Assembly: GCA_965200825.1 (NCBI GenBank) | Contig: OZ241385.1 | Span: 461,276 to 525,275, forward strand | Length of the DNA stretch: 64,000 nucleotides | Direction of reading: 5' to 3' | Source: Rhodothermales bacterium | GTDB lineage: Bacteria > Bacteroidota > Rhodothermia > Rhodothermales > Bin80 | In this document: in pieces, positions 10,771 to 21,564 of the stretch | Numbering within the stretch: the first letter of the stretch is position 1 | Layout: each line of letters starts with the position of its first letter | Translations under genes and position numbers: made by a program | Notes under the pieces: model-generated | What the model was told of the DNA's origin: nothing | What the model saw: the letters and a program-made list of their open reading frames with translations, nothing else | Database searches by the model: none

Positions 10771-11031
10771 TCACTTTCTTATCTCTTTCATGGTTTTCAT
10801 CTGCCATCGGGTTTCCTTAGAATCACCCAGTGGGGATTATCAATATACGTGAACTACTTTCAAGGTTTAGTGTTATTAGAATATAGGTTTGGCCTTAGAA
10901 TGAACCCCATCCCATCAAATGAACGGGTGAGATTGATGAGCCTTATTACTGGTGCTTCTTTCATCATGTCCTCTTATAAAATTCCCCATCAATGATCTGG
11001 CTTTCATTCTCTCAAGCACTGATCCTAATTC

Positions 11032-11532
11032 ATGAAAACTACCCTACTGACTCAATCAGATCAAAAGGAGGCACTTTCACATGTGTATGTGAGGTCACTC
11101 GCTGCTATATCTGGTTTTATTACGTCTGTACCAGAGCAAGATCGTGATAGTGTTGACTTACGAATCCAGGCTGGCGGTTCTCGTAGGCCTGCCTTAGATC
11201 TACAATTAAAGGCCACAACTAAATTATCGGCTAACCAAGAAGGTGCTCTAAATTTTCGCATCTCTATTAAAAACTACAGAGATCTTCGCGACAAGACGCA
11301 AACTCCGCGATTGCTCGTTGTATTGAAACTACCAGAGGACCCGTCAAAATGGTTGATGGTAACTCCTGAAAAACTTATACTTCATAGTCATGCCTATTGG
11401 CTTAGTTTACAAAAGGGTTATGAGGACGTGGCTGATCAAGAAACGATTACGGTCCATATTCCTCAAAAAAATGTACTCAATGTTGAAACTTTGAAAACCC
11501 TAATTGAACAATCCAGAACTGGTACAATCTAA
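11032..11532 (+). CDS. DUF4365-like (PD-(D/E)xK-clan nuclease-like fold) protein
   Basis: 166 aa. N-terminus QSDQKEALSHVYVRSLAAISGFITSVPEQDRDSVDLRIQ follows the pattern I recall for DUF4365 (…E.lg..yV..la…Gf…..Eq…DyGiDl.I.). Its stop shares 1 nt with the next start (taATGa). Confidence 0.5.
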   Translation: MKTTLLTQSDQKEALSHVYVRSLAAISGFITSVPEQDRDSVDLRIQAGGSRRPALDLQLKATTKLSANQEGALNFRISIKNYRDLRDKTQTPRLLVVLKLPEDPSKWLMVTPEKLILHSHAYWLSLQKGYEDVADQETITVHIPQKNVLNVETLKTLIEQSRTGTI

Positions 11533-12680
11533 TGAGATTCAGCATTCATGATCGAGATTCATTACTGGCCATCACGCCGGTTGCTCTTTCCACATATGCA
11601 AATACAGCTGGGTGGGAGCGGCAAGGGACATACCGTGAGCATTCGGATATTTATACTGGTGAAAATCTTCCAGAAATCATTGTTCCTCGAACCGATCGCT
11701 TAGGAGATTATGCGAGCGTGGTTGTTGAATTGATTCGGATGTTTGCCCAAGTCAAACATCAAGATGAGTCAAGTGTGTATCGATCACTTTTGACTACAGA
11801 CCGTGATATCGTTCGTTTACGTACGGGAGATGAAGAGAAGGGTAATTTATCCCTTGACCAAGGCGTTGACTTAATTAGCGGTGCCCGTGATATGTTGAAG
11901 GCAGTGGCATGCTCTCTGGGGAATCCCAAAATGGTGTACCGGGCTGGGGCACATCAAAGTGCGCGTGATCTGCTTTCCAGGGTCCGTCTTGGACATACTG
12001 AGCGGGGTAGCTATGTGATTACATTGGTGATGCCAGTTTTGCCGCCTCCGACACCAGTAATGTTTCCAGATGACTCAGGATCAGACTTACCAATTGAACG
12101 ACTTCTCACTGTTCGCTTAATGAAGGCTCTTTTCGCTGCACGTTCAGCAACAGAGGAAGCTGTATCTGGCGGTGCAAATTCTTTTAGGGAAGCCGTGGAA
12201 GATGGAGTGAGTGCCAACCTTTGCGAAGCTTTGGTACAGATCATTGATTCTTCCGATACACTTGACGTAAATGTGACTTGGGCCAGTAGTCAGCCTAACG
12301 AACTGTTGCATAAGACAGCCTTCTTTAGTCGTACAGATCTGCCCATATTACGCAGTGCTGCGCGGTCGTTTAGAGAGTATTCCCCCAAACCTGATGTTCG
12401 CCTGTATGGATATGTACGACTACTGGAACGAGGACCAGAGGAAGAAGATGGGACGATTCGTCTAAATACAATGGTAGACAATAAGAACGTATCCGTTACG
12501 GCGATGTTGGGACGCCAGGACTATGAACGGGCGGTTCAAGCTCATCGTGATAAAGCATTGGTTATTCTTTCTGGTGATCTTGAGCACTTTGGACACCGAT
12601 GGAAGCTATTGAACTCACAATTTGAGGGAGTGCTTAGAGACGAAGAATGTGATCTTGTTGAGCAGTCATCTGTGATGTGA
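11532..12680 (+). CDS. Hypothetical protein, partner of the DUF4365-like gene (no recognisable motifs)
   Basis: 382 aa, translationally coupled to the upstream gene. No Walker A, HEPN, HNH or other motif found by eye. Long ORF with normal codon usage. Confidence 0.5.
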   Translation: MRFSIHDRDSLLAITPVALSTYANTAGWERQGTYREHSDIYTGENLPEIIVPRTDRLGDYASVVVELIRMFAQVKHQDESSVYRSLLTTDRDIVRLRTGDEEKGNLSLDQGVDLISGARDMLKAVACSLGNPKMVYRAGAHQSARDLLSRVRLGHTERGSYVITLVMPVLPPPTPVMFPDDSGSDLPIERLLTVRLMKALFAARSATEEAVSGGANSFREAVEDGVSANLCEALVQIIDSSDTLDVNVTWASSQPNELLHKTAFFSRTDLPILRSAARSFREYSPKPDVRLYGYVRLLERGPEEEDGTIRLNTMVDNKNVSVTAMLGRQDYERAVQAHRDKALVILSGDLEHFGHRWKLLNSQFEGVLRDEECDLVEQSSVM

Positions 12681-12695
12681 GTGCTTCAAAGAAAA

Positions 12696-13049
12696 GGTTC
12701 TACTACAATTTGTATAGAATGATTAATTTTGGTTGAACGAACCTTACCTCATTTTTGAATGCAAAGCAACGTAATCGATTCCATCATGGAGTACTCCTTT
12801 GGGTCACCAGTGTGGAAGAGTCGAGCGTGAACGAAGTCATGAAGATTGCCCAGATGTTTCAGAATCATCTTCACGGGGTTTGTAACGTGCTTTGTTATCC
12901 ACAATCCAATGCCAAAGCGGAGCGAATGAATGGAAAAATCCAAGAGGTCAAAAAGATCGGTAGAGGATACAGGAAATTTGAAAACTTCAGATCCGCCATC
13001 CTCTTCCGCGGTGGTCTGGCGCTTTATCCACAACAATCGTAGTAGCACC
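12696..13049 (+). repeat. Direct repeat copy 2: 3'-terminal fragment of an ISL3-like transposase gene (intact frame, 95 codons)
   Basis: Encodes MNAKQRNRFHHGVLLWVTSVEESSVNEVMKIAQMFQNHLHGVCNVLCYPQSNAKAERMNGKIQEVKKIGRGYRKFENFRSAILFRGGLALYP. Same orientation as copy 1. Identity breaks down at identical points on both sides. Confidence 0.7.
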
Positions 13050-13275
13050 AAAAATTCAAACCCTAAAAACCGTGGCATGTAGTCCCTTACGGATAGGCTG
13101 CAAATTTGTCAGATATTTTTCGAATCAGGCATCATATAAGAGGAGTTGAGTTGCCTGTGTGTGTCTTTTACGCAACTGTTATGGAAAATAGTGACATCTT
13201 GTCACTGTGTCGTTCTGTGGAATGCTTTTGGATTCTTGGCAAGTCAGGTTTACACATTGACAAAACGACACTGTT

Positions 13276-15894
13276 ATGAACTTAAATAAGTACACAGTTA
13301 AGGCACAGGAGGCAGTTCAGAAAGCACTCGAAATTGCTGCTGGTAATAATCATCAGGGATTGGCGCCTGCTCACCTGTTGAAAGCATTTTTGACGGACCC
13401 TAATAGCATAGGATCGACAATCATGCAACGATTGGGTGCAGATTTTCGGGGATTGGAAAGTGAGCTGGATCAGCTTCTTGAAAAATTACCGGTGGTTACA
13501 GGGTCCTCGGTCGAGGGAGGATTTCTGACCAGTGAATTAAAGCAGGTTTTTGATCAGGCTCTCAAAGAAGCTCAAGCGTTGAAAGATGAGTTTATCAGCA
13601 GCGAGCATCTGTTGATTGCCATGGCCGAGTCCAAGGGGTCTGTACGTGATGCGATGAGTCGTCGAGGGATCACAAAAAAGTCCATCTTGGAAATCCTTCA
13701 AAGCGTTCGGGGGAATCGGCGGGTTACGGATCAGCATGCCGAAGACAGTTATCAAGCACTTGAACGGTTCACCCGAAATCTCAATGAATTAGCTTCAACA
13801 GGCAAAATTGATCCTGTGATTGGACGAGATGAGGAGATTCGGCGTGTATTACAGATTCTCTCACGGCGGACAAAAAATAACCCCATTCTCATTGGCGAAG
13901 CCGGTGTAGGGAAGACTGCAATTGCAGAGGGAATTGCGATTCGGATTGTACAGGGAGATGTTCCCGAAGGCTTAAAGTCAAGGCGATTACATGCCCTGGA
14001 TATGGGGGCGCTGATTGCTGGCGCCAAGTATCGAGGAGAGTTTGAGGACCGACTGAAAGCTGTCGTCAAAGAGGTGACAGATGCAAATGGGGAAATTCTG
14101 TTATTTATAGACGAAATCCATACGCTGGTCGGAGCCGGGGCTGCAGAAGGCGCAATGGATGCCGCAAATATTCTAAAGCCGGCTTTGGCTCGTGGGGACT
14201 TGCGTGCCATTGGTGCAACGACCCTGGATGAATATCGAAAGTACTTTGAAAAAGACAAGGCACTCGAACGAAGATTTCAGACGGTCATGGTTCGAGAGCC
14301 GGAACTCGATGATGCAATTTCAATCTTAAGAGGAATTCGCGAGCGCTACGAAGTTCATCACGGGGTGCGAATCAACGATGCCGCAATTGTGGCTGCTGCC
14401 CAGCTAAGTAACCGATATATTGGAGATCGTTACTTGCCTGACAAAGCGATTGATTTGGTAGATGAAGCCATGGCCCGTCTGCGTACCGAGATTGATTCGT
14501 TGCCGGAAGAGTTGGATTCTCTGGAGCGCCAGATCAGGCAGCTGGAGATTGAACGAGAAGCACTCAAACGGGAAAAGGACCGAAAAAAACTTGCAACCCT
14601 TGAAGAGCAACTGGCAAATCTGATAGAACAGCGTAGCGGTTTACGCGCCCGGTGGGAGGAAGAAAAACAATTGATCGCTGGCATTCGTGAAGCAAAAGAA
14701 AAAATAGAGGAACTGCGCATCAAAGACGAAGCGCTTGCCCGTGCAGGCAAGTACGAAGAGGTGGCCAAGATTCGTCATGGTACAATTCCGGAGCTGGAAA
14801 CAAGAATTCAGGAAACACAAGAGCGGCTTTTGGAAATGCAGGCGAGTGGAGCACTGCTCAAAGAGGAGGTGGATGCGGAGGATATTGCCGAGATCGTTTC
14901 AAAATGGACTGGAATTCCTGTAGCCAGAATGATGGAAAGTGAACGAATGAAGCTACTCCGCGCTGAAGAGGAGCTCAAATATCGTGTGGTTGGCCAGGAT
15001 GAAGCGATTAAGGCGATTGCGGATGCAGTGCGGCGAGGGCGAGCAGGCCTTCAGGAGCAGGGGCGCCCCATCGGGTCGTTTATTTTTCTTGGGTCTACCG
15101 GCGTAGGTAAGACAGAATTGGCAAAAGCTTTAGCCGAATTCCTTTTTGACAATGAGCAGGCGCTCATACGTATTGATATGAGTGAATACCAGGAACGACA
15201 TACTGTGAGCAGGTTAATTGGAGCACCTCCGGGGTATGTAGGATATGAAGAGGGAGGGCAGTTAACCGAGCGGGTTCGGCGTCGCCCATATGCAGTTGTA
15301 CTGCTGGATGAAATTGAAAAGGCGCATCCCGAAGTATTTAATATCCTGCTTCAGGTTCTTGATGAAGGTTGTTTAACAGACAACAAGGGCCGTACAACGG
15401 ATTTCAAGAATACGATTGTTATCATGACCAGCAACCTTGGTAGTGACCTGATTCGGCAGCGGATTGAATCTGGAGATCTGTTTGAGCCTCAGGTGGTTCG
15501 GAGAGAAATAATGAGCCTCCTGAAGGCAAATGTGCGACCAGAATTTCTCAATCGTATTGACGAAATCGTTCTCTTCAACCCGCTGGAGAGAGAAATCATT
15601 CGTGAGATTGTGTCCATACAGTTTGCACGGATTCAACGCTTGGCTCTCGAGAGTAAAGGGGTATCTCTTATTCTCACTGATGGGGCCAAAGATTATTTGG
15701 CAGAGGCCGGGTTTGACCAGGCATTTGGTGCACGTCCTGTTAAGCGCCTACTCCAGCGAGAGATTGTCAATAAGTTGGCGGAAGAGTTTCTTTCCGGCTG
15801 GATTTCTGCGGGACAGACCGTGACGATAGATGTTGCCCCGGATGCCAGTGGACTTCTTCTGGAAACTGAACCCATGTCGGTTGCAGGCGGGTAG
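13276..15894 (+). CDS. clpB: ATP-dependent chaperone ClpB
   Basis: 872 aa. Clp N-domain, two AAA modules (GEAGVGKT… and GSTGVGKTE), middle coiled-coil, canonical length. Confidence 0.95.
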   Translation: MNLNKYTVKAQEAVQKALEIAAGNNHQGLAPAHLLKAFLTDPNSIGSTIMQRLGADFRGLESELDQLLEKLPVVTGSSVEGGFLTSELKQVFDQALKEAQALKDEFISSEHLLIAMAESKGSVRDAMSRRGITKKSILEILQSVRGNRRVTDQHAEDSYQALERFTRNLNELASTGKIDPVIGRDEEIRRVLQILSRRTKNNPILIGEAGVGKTAIAEGIAIRIVQGDVPEGLKSRRLHALDMGALIAGAKYRGEFEDRLKAVVKEVTDANGEILLFIDEIHTLVGAGAAEGAMDAANILKPALARGDLRAIGATTLDEYRKYFEKDKALERRFQTVMVREPELDDAISILRGIRERYEVHHGVRINDAAIVAAAQLSNRYIGDRYLPDKAIDLVDEAMARLRTEIDSLPEELDSLERQIRQLEIEREALKREKDRKKLATLEEQLANLIEQRSGLRARWEEEKQLIAGIREAKEKIEELRIKDEALARAGKYEEVAKIRHGTIPELETRIQETQERLLEMQASGALLKEEVDAEDIAEIVSKWTGIPVARMMESERMKLLRAEEELKYRVVGQDEAIKAIADAVRRGRAGLQEQGRPIGSFIFLGSTGVGKTELAKALAEFLFDNEQALIRIDMSEYQERHTVSRLIGAPPGYVGYEEGGQLTERVRRRPYAVVLLDEIEKAHPEVFNILLQVLDEGCLTDNKGRTTDFKNTIVIMTSNLGSDLIRQRIESGDLFEPQVVRREIMSLLKANVRPEFLNRIDEIVLFNPLEREIIREIVSIQFARIQRLALESKGVSLILTDGAKDYLAEAGFDQAFGARPVKRLLQREIVNKLAEEFLSGWISAGQTVTIDVAPDASGLLLETEPMSVAGG

Positions 15895-15953
15895 AGGTTG
15901 CTGATTGAATTTTATGTAATTATTAGAAATCTTGTCCTATATTGGGGCCCTAT

Positions 15954-15990
15954 AAAATGGCCGGTATATTAGGTGCCGGCCATTTTTATT
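15954..15990 (+). terminator. Rho-independent terminator after clpB
   Basis: aaaatGGCCGGtatattaggtgCCGGCCatttttatt: a GC stem followed by a T-run. Confidence 0.6.
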
Positions 15991-16001
15991 GAGTCGACTA
16001 C

Positions 16002-19000
16002 ATGTATTTAAAAAAGCTGTCTATTCAAGGATTCAAGAGCTTTGTTTCTCCAACAGAGCTGAATTTTGACTCTGGAATTACTGCCATTGTCGGCCCGAAT
16101 GGGTGCGGAAAGTCCAATATAGTTGATGCTCTCCGCTGGGTGATTGGAGAGCAACGAGCTCGTGTGCTGCGTTCGGACAAAATGGATAGTGTGATCTTCA
16201 ATGGAACCTCTCATCGACGGGCAGTTGGGCTTGCTGACGTTCAATTAACTATTGCGAATACTCGTGGAATCTTACCTCTGGAATATTCGGAGGTAACATT
16301 GGGGCGCCGTCTTTATCGTTCAGGGGAAGCTGAATATTTGCTTAATGGTGTCGAGTGCAGGCTTCGCGATATTACCGATCTGTTTACAGATACGGGAATG
16401 GGAGCAGGTGCATATTCAGTGATCGAACTGAAAATGGTGGATGAAATCTTGTCCGAGAATACACAAGACCGCCGCCGATTATTTGAAGAAGCATCGGGGG
16501 TCACCCGATACAAGAAGCGAAGGACAGATGCCCTCCGTAAGCTCGATCAGATGCAAACTGATCTGGAGCGCGTACAGGATCTGAGGGATGAGATTGCCAC
16601 CCGGGTTCGCAGTCTGAAAAGACAAGCAAAGACTGCTGAGCGTTACCTGCGTTATAAAGCACAAGTGCGGACAGCTCACATCGCCTTGCTCAAATTTGAA
16701 CATGATCGGTTGCAGGAAAAAGAGAGAATCCTGAAGGATGAGGCGAGTAAGATTACAGACATTTGTACAGAATTAACGACTTCGGTACATACTTCTGACA
16801 CACAGATCGAAACCTTGCGTGCAAAATTTGTATCGGAAGAGAAGAGATCCCAAATTAACCGCAAGGCATTTGTTGAGCGGGAGCAGCAAATTATCAAACT
16901 GGAAGGGGAAATTCGTCTGGAGGAGGCGAATAAGCAGACAATTTTGCAAAACCTTGATAGATCAAAGGCGGAAAAGAAGGATGTGATTGAGGAATTGAAC
17001 AGCTTGCGATCGCAGAGAAAGTCAATAGAAAGTACACTTGTTACCGCAATCTCAGAGGCAGATAGGCTAGTGGATGAATTGAAAGATGCGACTGCGGAGA
17101 GAGATGCTGCACGTCAACAGCTGACAAAATTTGAAGCTAATGGCACAAGATTAGCCTCGACTGTGCAAAGTCTGGGTCAACAGAAATCTGATTATCAGCG
17201 GCAGGCCGATCGATTCAAAAGCCGGATAACTCATTTGATGGAAGAGAAAGACAGGCTTGAAGAAGAGAGAAGGTCTGAAGATCAGGCACATAAGGACACG
17301 GTAAAGGTCAGTGAAAGTGCCCAAAAAACATTAGAGCAGGCGAGGCGGAAGCTTGAAGATGGGCGGGCCCGACAAGAAGCAGCTGAGAAAGCTTATGCAG
17401 CTTTGGGAGAAAAAGTTGTTGGAGCAGAGGAAGAAGTACAATTGGCCGAAAAGCATCTTGCTGCGAAGGATGCAGAAATCAAAATTTTGGAAGATCTTGT
17501 CAATACGTATGATTTTTTTCCCGATGCAGTTCGTTATCTACTGACCAATGCAGAGGATCTGCAGATCACCACGCTGGGGGATTTGATCACCTGTGCTCCC
17601 AAATATCGGGCTGCTCTGGCAGCGTCTCTTGAACCCTATGGCGGATGTCTTGTGGTTGAAACGGAACGTATAGCTAGGATGGCTTCGGAACGTCTGCGAA
17701 CCGAAGATATGGGGAAAGCGTATTTTATTGTCTGGGAAAATATCTCTTCAGTTTCATCTTCCGGGCATGATTTACCAAATGCTTTACTGAACCTGATCCA
17801 ACTTCGTGATGAAATTCACAGGCCGATTGTTCAGCTACTGCTTCAAGATGTATTGGTAGTAGAATCTCTGGATATAGCCCGTGAGCTCTTGGAACAGAAA
17901 GAGGGAAGGATATTTCGGTATGTCACATTCGACGGCGAATGGATTGATGGGCGAGGCATTCTCTATGCAGGAGGAAATGAAGAAGGGGGAACCTATTCAC
18001 ATCTGGCCCGACAGGACAGCCTGCGAGCGGCCAAGGATACTCGTTCTGAGCTTCAGAAACAGGTCGAAATGAAAAGGGTGGTTTTGGCAGAAATGATCGA
18101 CTCCCAAAATCAGATTGGTCTACCTGGAATTATTCAACAAGTGCGGGAAATGGAGCAATCATATATAGAGGCAGACCGCACCGCACAGAAGCATTCTCAA
18201 ATCCTTGAGCTTGGAGAGAATCAACTTGCTGTATTTGCTCGCAGGCAACAGCAGATTGTACGGGAGATCGAATCACTTGAACTGGATGCGCAACCGCACG
18301 ATGATCAACTAGGTCAAATTGATCAAAAACTTGTTGCTGTGCAGAAAGAGTATAGGCGAGTAGAGCAAGAAATTCATTCCTGGCGTGAACAGTTGGATCA
18401 GATGCAAACGGTGTATGTCCAGGCTCATACAGCTTCTGTTCAAGCAGTTGCTAATCGTGAGCGTCTTGAGGCAGATTCAAAAAGAATCGATGAAGCAAGA
18501 CTCCGACTCAGCGATCGTGCAGAGGTTCATGAAGAGGAACGTATCGCATTGGAAGAGATGCAACAAAGTGCAATCGCTCAGATTCGTCAGTTGAAAGAGC
18601 AACTTGAGACGGAGCGGTCGGTACGCGAAACTCTGAGGCAGATCAATGCAGATGACAGTGCACGAGAGCAAGAATTACGTGTAGGACTTGAACGAGCTAA
18701 TGAGCGTGCACGCAAAACACAGAAGTCGCTACAGGAAGCAAGAGAGCGGGAAACTAATATTCGGGTGGAGTACAGTGCGGTCAAAGCACGCAGAGAAGAT
18801 CTGCAGCTTCGTGCAAGAGAGGGGTATGCGGTTGAGCTTACGCAATTTGAAGCAACCGAAGAGATTGATGATGTTGCTCTCAAGGAAGAAATCCAGGAGA
18901 TTGAGCGAAAGCTGCAGGCTATGGGCAACGTAAATGCGCTCGCCCTTGAAGAATATGAAAAGCAGAGTGAGCGTCTGGAATTTATGTCGACACAATTTTC

Positions 19001-19538
19001 TGATCTTGAAGAGGCCAAAGAAACACTTGTTCGTACGATCAGCGAGATCAATCGCACTGCATCGAGGCAATTTCTGGACACCTATGAACTCATCCAGGAG
19101 AATTTCCAGAGTTTATTCTGTGAGCTTTTTGGGGAAAAAGCTACATGCAAACTCGAGTTAACTGAACCGGATGATGTTTTGGAGTCACCTATTGCCGTCA
19201 CGGCCAAGCCAAGTGGAAAACGTCCTGTCAACATTACACAGCTCTCCAGTGGTGAGAAAACACTCACGGCAATTGCACTTCTCTTTTCAATTTATCTTGT
19301 AAAACCGAGTCCGTTCTGCTTTCTTGATGAGGTGGATGCCCCGCTGGACGACACCAATATAGATCATTTTATGCGGGTGATTTATCGTTTTTCGTCGGAC
19401 ACACAGTTCGTCCTGGTCACACACAACAAGAGAACTATGGAGATGGCCAATCGTCTCTATGGAGTGACGATGCAAGAAGAGGGTGTTTCCAGTCTAGTCA
19501 GTATCCAGTTTGATGAAGCCACGGCTATGGGGAAGTAG
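16002..19538 (+). CDS. smc: Chromosome segregation protein SMC
   Basis: 1178 aa. N-terminal FKSF…GPNGCGKSNI Walker A, long coiled coils, hinge, C-terminal LSGGEKTLTAIALLFSI signature and Walker B D-box. Confidence 0.95.
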   Translation: MYLKKLSIQGFKSFVSPTELNFDSGITAIVGPNGCGKSNIVDALRWVIGEQRARVLRSDKMDSVIFNGTSHRRAVGLADVQLTIANTRGILPLEYSEVTLGRRLYRSGEAEYLLNGVECRLRDITDLFTDTGMGAGAYSVIELKMVDEILSENTQDRRRLFEEASGVTRYKKRRTDALRKLDQMQTDLERVQDLRDEIATRVRSLKRQAKTAERYLRYKAQVRTAHIALLKFEHDRLQEKERILKDEASKITDICTELTTSVHTSDTQIETLRAKFVSEEKRSQINRKAFVEREQQIIKLEGEIRLEEANKQTILQNLDRSKAEKKDVIEELNSLRSQRKSIESTLVTAISEADRLVDELKDATAERDAARQQLTKFEANGTRLASTVQSLGQQKSDYQRQADRFKSRITHLMEEKDRLEEERRSEDQAHKDTVKVSESAQKTLEQARRKLEDGRARQEAAEKAYAALGEKVVGAEEEVQLAEKHLAAKDAEIKILEDLVNTYDFFPDAVRYLLTNAEDLQITTLGDLITCAPKYRAALAASLEPYGGCLVVETERIARMASERLRTEDMGKAYFIVWENISSVSSSGHDLPNALLNLIQLRDEIHRPIVQLLLQDVLVVESLDIARELLEQKEGRIFRYVTFDGEWIDGRGILYAGGNEEGGTYSHLARQDSLRAAKDTRSELQKQVEMKRVVLAEMIDSQNQIGLPGIIQQVREMEQSYIEADRTAQKHSQILELGENQLAVFARRQQQIVREIESLELDAQPHDDQLGQIDQKLVAVQKEYRRVEQEIHSWREQLDQMQTVYVQAHTASVQAVANRERLEADSKRIDEARLRLSDRAEVHEEERIALEEMQQSAIAQIRQLKEQLETERSVRETLRQINADDSAREQELRVGLERANERARKTQKSLQEARERETNIRVEYSAVKARREDLQLRAREGYAVELTQFEATEEIDDVALKEEIQEIERKLQAMGNVNALALEEYEKQSERLEFMSTQFSDLEEAKETLVRTISEINRTASRQFLDTYELIQENFQSLFCELFGEKATCKLELTEPDDVLESPIAVTAKPSGKRPVNITQLSSGEKTLTAIALLFSIYLVKPSPFCFLDEVDAPLDDTNIDHFMRVIYRFSSDTQFVLVTHNKRTMEMANRLYGVTMQEEGVSSLVSIQFDEATAMGK

Positions 19539-19953
19539 AGATCATGGCATCCACTTCAATCTCTACCAACAACTCAGGTAAGATCAGGCCTGAAACTTCA
19601 ATCATTGTAGCGGCTGGACAGATAGTTTGAAAGGCTTCGGCGTGTGCTTTCCCGATCACTTCTTGATGGTCCCCAATATTTACGACATACATCCTGGTTC
19701 GCACTACATCCGTCATTGAAGCCCCCAGTTCAGTAAGAGCTTCGTCAATGATCTGGAAAATATAACAGGCCTGCAGGTAGGCATTGTTTGGTTCAACCAC
19801 ATTGCCATCCGGAGTCACTGCGGTAGTGCCGGATACAAATATGTGATTGCCGTTTCGGACTGCACGTGAATACCCGTACCGTGCCTCCCAAGTTGTGTTA
19901 CTACTGGTTGACAGGGCTCCTTGAATTGTCCGGGATGAATTCCTGATACGCAT
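19525..19953 (-). CDS. RidA/YjgF/L-PSP family protein
   Basis: 142 aa. …VRNGNHIFVSGTTAV… and the C-terminal …LPELLVEIEVDAM… are typical of the Rid family. Convergent 14-bp overlap with the smc end. Confidence 0.65.
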   Translation of the reverse strand: MRIRNSSRTIQGALSTSSNTTWEARYGYSRAVRNGNHIFVSGTTAVTPDGNVVEPNNAYLQACYIFQIIDEALTELGASMTDVVRTRMYVVNIGDHQEVIGKAHAEAFQTICPAATMIEVSGLILPELLVEIEVDAMISTSP

Positions 19954-20133
19954 CCGACAAACGAATAGAAAAAATCTCTGACACAGAAAAAATGTTCTGA
20001 GTCAGAGAGTCCTATAATACAAACACGAAACAATAATCCCAACCCACACATGGGCTTGGAGTACTGTACCAAGAGATGCCCTGACAGTCAGTTACAGTGG
20101 CTATATCTGACAAGAAAGGGGATTTAGCAAGGG

Positions 20134-20418
20134 TTACTCTTCGGCCTCTTCGCCGTGCTCTTCGCCACCTTCCTCATGAGCTTCTTCCATCTCCATGTCC
20201 ATCATCTCCATTGAATCTGCGCCCTCTTCCATCATATCATCTTCCATCATTTCCCCTTCCTCCATATCTCCCTCCATCATACCGTCGTCATTCATGGCGC
20301 CTTCTTCCATCATATCATCGCTCGCGGCGTCATCCATCGAGGAGTCGTCAGATGTATTACCGCCACAGGCTGTGATAAGCAGTGCGAGGGAAAAAACAAA
20401 AATGTTTAAGAATTTCAT
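20134..20418 (-). CDS. Small lipoprotein with Met/Asp/Glu-rich low-complexity tail
   Basis: Internal start MKFLNIFVFSLALLITACGG (lipobox ITAC), then a tail such as DDMMEEGAMNDDGMMEGDMEEGEMMEDDMMEEG…MEMMDMEMEE with repeated MxxM and MM motifs. Confidence 0.55.
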   Translation of the reverse strand: MKFLNIFVFSLALLITACGGNTSDDSSMDDAASDDMMEEGAMNDDGMMEGDMEEGEMMEDDMMEEGADSMEMMDMEMEEAHEEGGEEHGEEAEE

Positions 20419-21375
20419 TTTCTTTCTAAAAAAGTTATTGTGAAATATGTTCAAATATGAATAAATTCTGAAATCACATGCAAATACTGCCGTATTGCCT
20501 GCATAGTACAATATAGTAAAAAATTATCAATGTGTTGAAGAATTAGAAAAATATTATGCAAATGCAAAAATTTTGGAGAATTCAATCCCTTAGAGAGATT
20601 TGTTCAAGGAGGAGGTTAGCCTTGATTTCCTATAATTGTGGTCGATGATGATTCGTGCTACTAATATCTGCTCAAGTCAACAAGAAGGGGGCGCTTAATG
20701 AAGTAGAAACTGGCAACTGGCATTTTACCTGAATGAGATTCATAGAGATATGGAAATGGGAAAGTGAGTGGTAGTTATTTGAATTTAATGAAGTGCCATA
20801 TGCGCTGATTTAATCGATAATCAGGAAGAGAGCACGGATAAAATCTCTTCATTAGTTACAAGGATGTATGAGAAAGAGGCCTGGAGTACAAGAAATCTTA
20901 TGCTGGTCAAAGTTCTCTGCAGAATTAATGAGGTGTATCTAATTTCAGAATTCTCACAGATACGATCAACCCTGTGGTGATGTCTGAAGGATTCAACACT
21001 GAAAGATATGTGTGTCAATCACACATATGGATGCTTCCATTATTGTTACAATTCCATCAACCTCTCGATTTCTGTCAGGTCGTTGCAATTTCAAAATCAT
21101 CGGATAGCTGAAATTCTTGCAAAACCCCGAAATTGCACATAAACATTGCTCGGAAGCACCTGGGGAGTCTTCTCAGAATATATCCTGCCTTCATTTGAAA
21201 GATATAAATGATTCAAGTTTATCAAAGAGTTGGATATCGGTAAAGATGATGTATATTTACGGTGTAAGAGATTTGTAATGCAAAGGATTGGGAAACCAAA
21301 TCGGAGTTTGACTCATCTCTACAAGCTAATCTCGGTATTCAAAATCGTTTAACCCAAATTCTTAATCAACCTAAC

Positions 21376-21564
21376 GTGATGAACAGATATAACGAATTAA
21401 AAACCCTTGTTGACGGAATTGAAGCAGATTTCACCAAGTTCCATGATGGAAAAGTGAATGTTGCAGGTACACGGATTCGCAAAGCTATGTTAGAACTCAG
21501 AAATCTCGCCAGCGAAATTCGTAAGGAGGTACAGGAAGAACGTAACAGCAGGAAGGGCAACTAA
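21376..21564 (+). CDS. Histone H1-like small basic DNA-binding protein (Bacteroidota type)
   Basis: 62 aa. …KVNVAGTRIRKAMLELRNLASEIRKE… matches the GNKAAGTRARKA..EL.KL..E.RK core of Bacteroidetes histone H1-like proteins. Confidence 0.55.
   Translation: MMNRYNELKTLVDGIEADFTKFHDGKVNVAGTRIRKAMLELRNLASEIRKEVQEERNSRKGN

Noticed and set aside
13276-15894. ClpB next to the DUF4365 cassette as a possible system component (Dodola-like DolB is ClpB-related)
   Set aside because: This is a full-length canonical ClpB (N-domain, two AAA modules, middle domain) with its own upstream region and terminator. It is separated from the cassette by the second IS-derived repeat, so it is most likely housekeeping.
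16002-19538. SMC as part of a Wadjet/Lamassu-type defence system
   Set aside because: Canonical 1178-aa chromosomal Smc. No JetA/B/D or LmuA-like partners adjacent, and the downstream gene is a convergent RidA-like protein.
20160-20350. Repetitive gaaga/catcat-type sequence
   Set aside because: It codes for the Met/Glu-rich lipoprotein tail on the minus strand. Not a non-coding repeat element.
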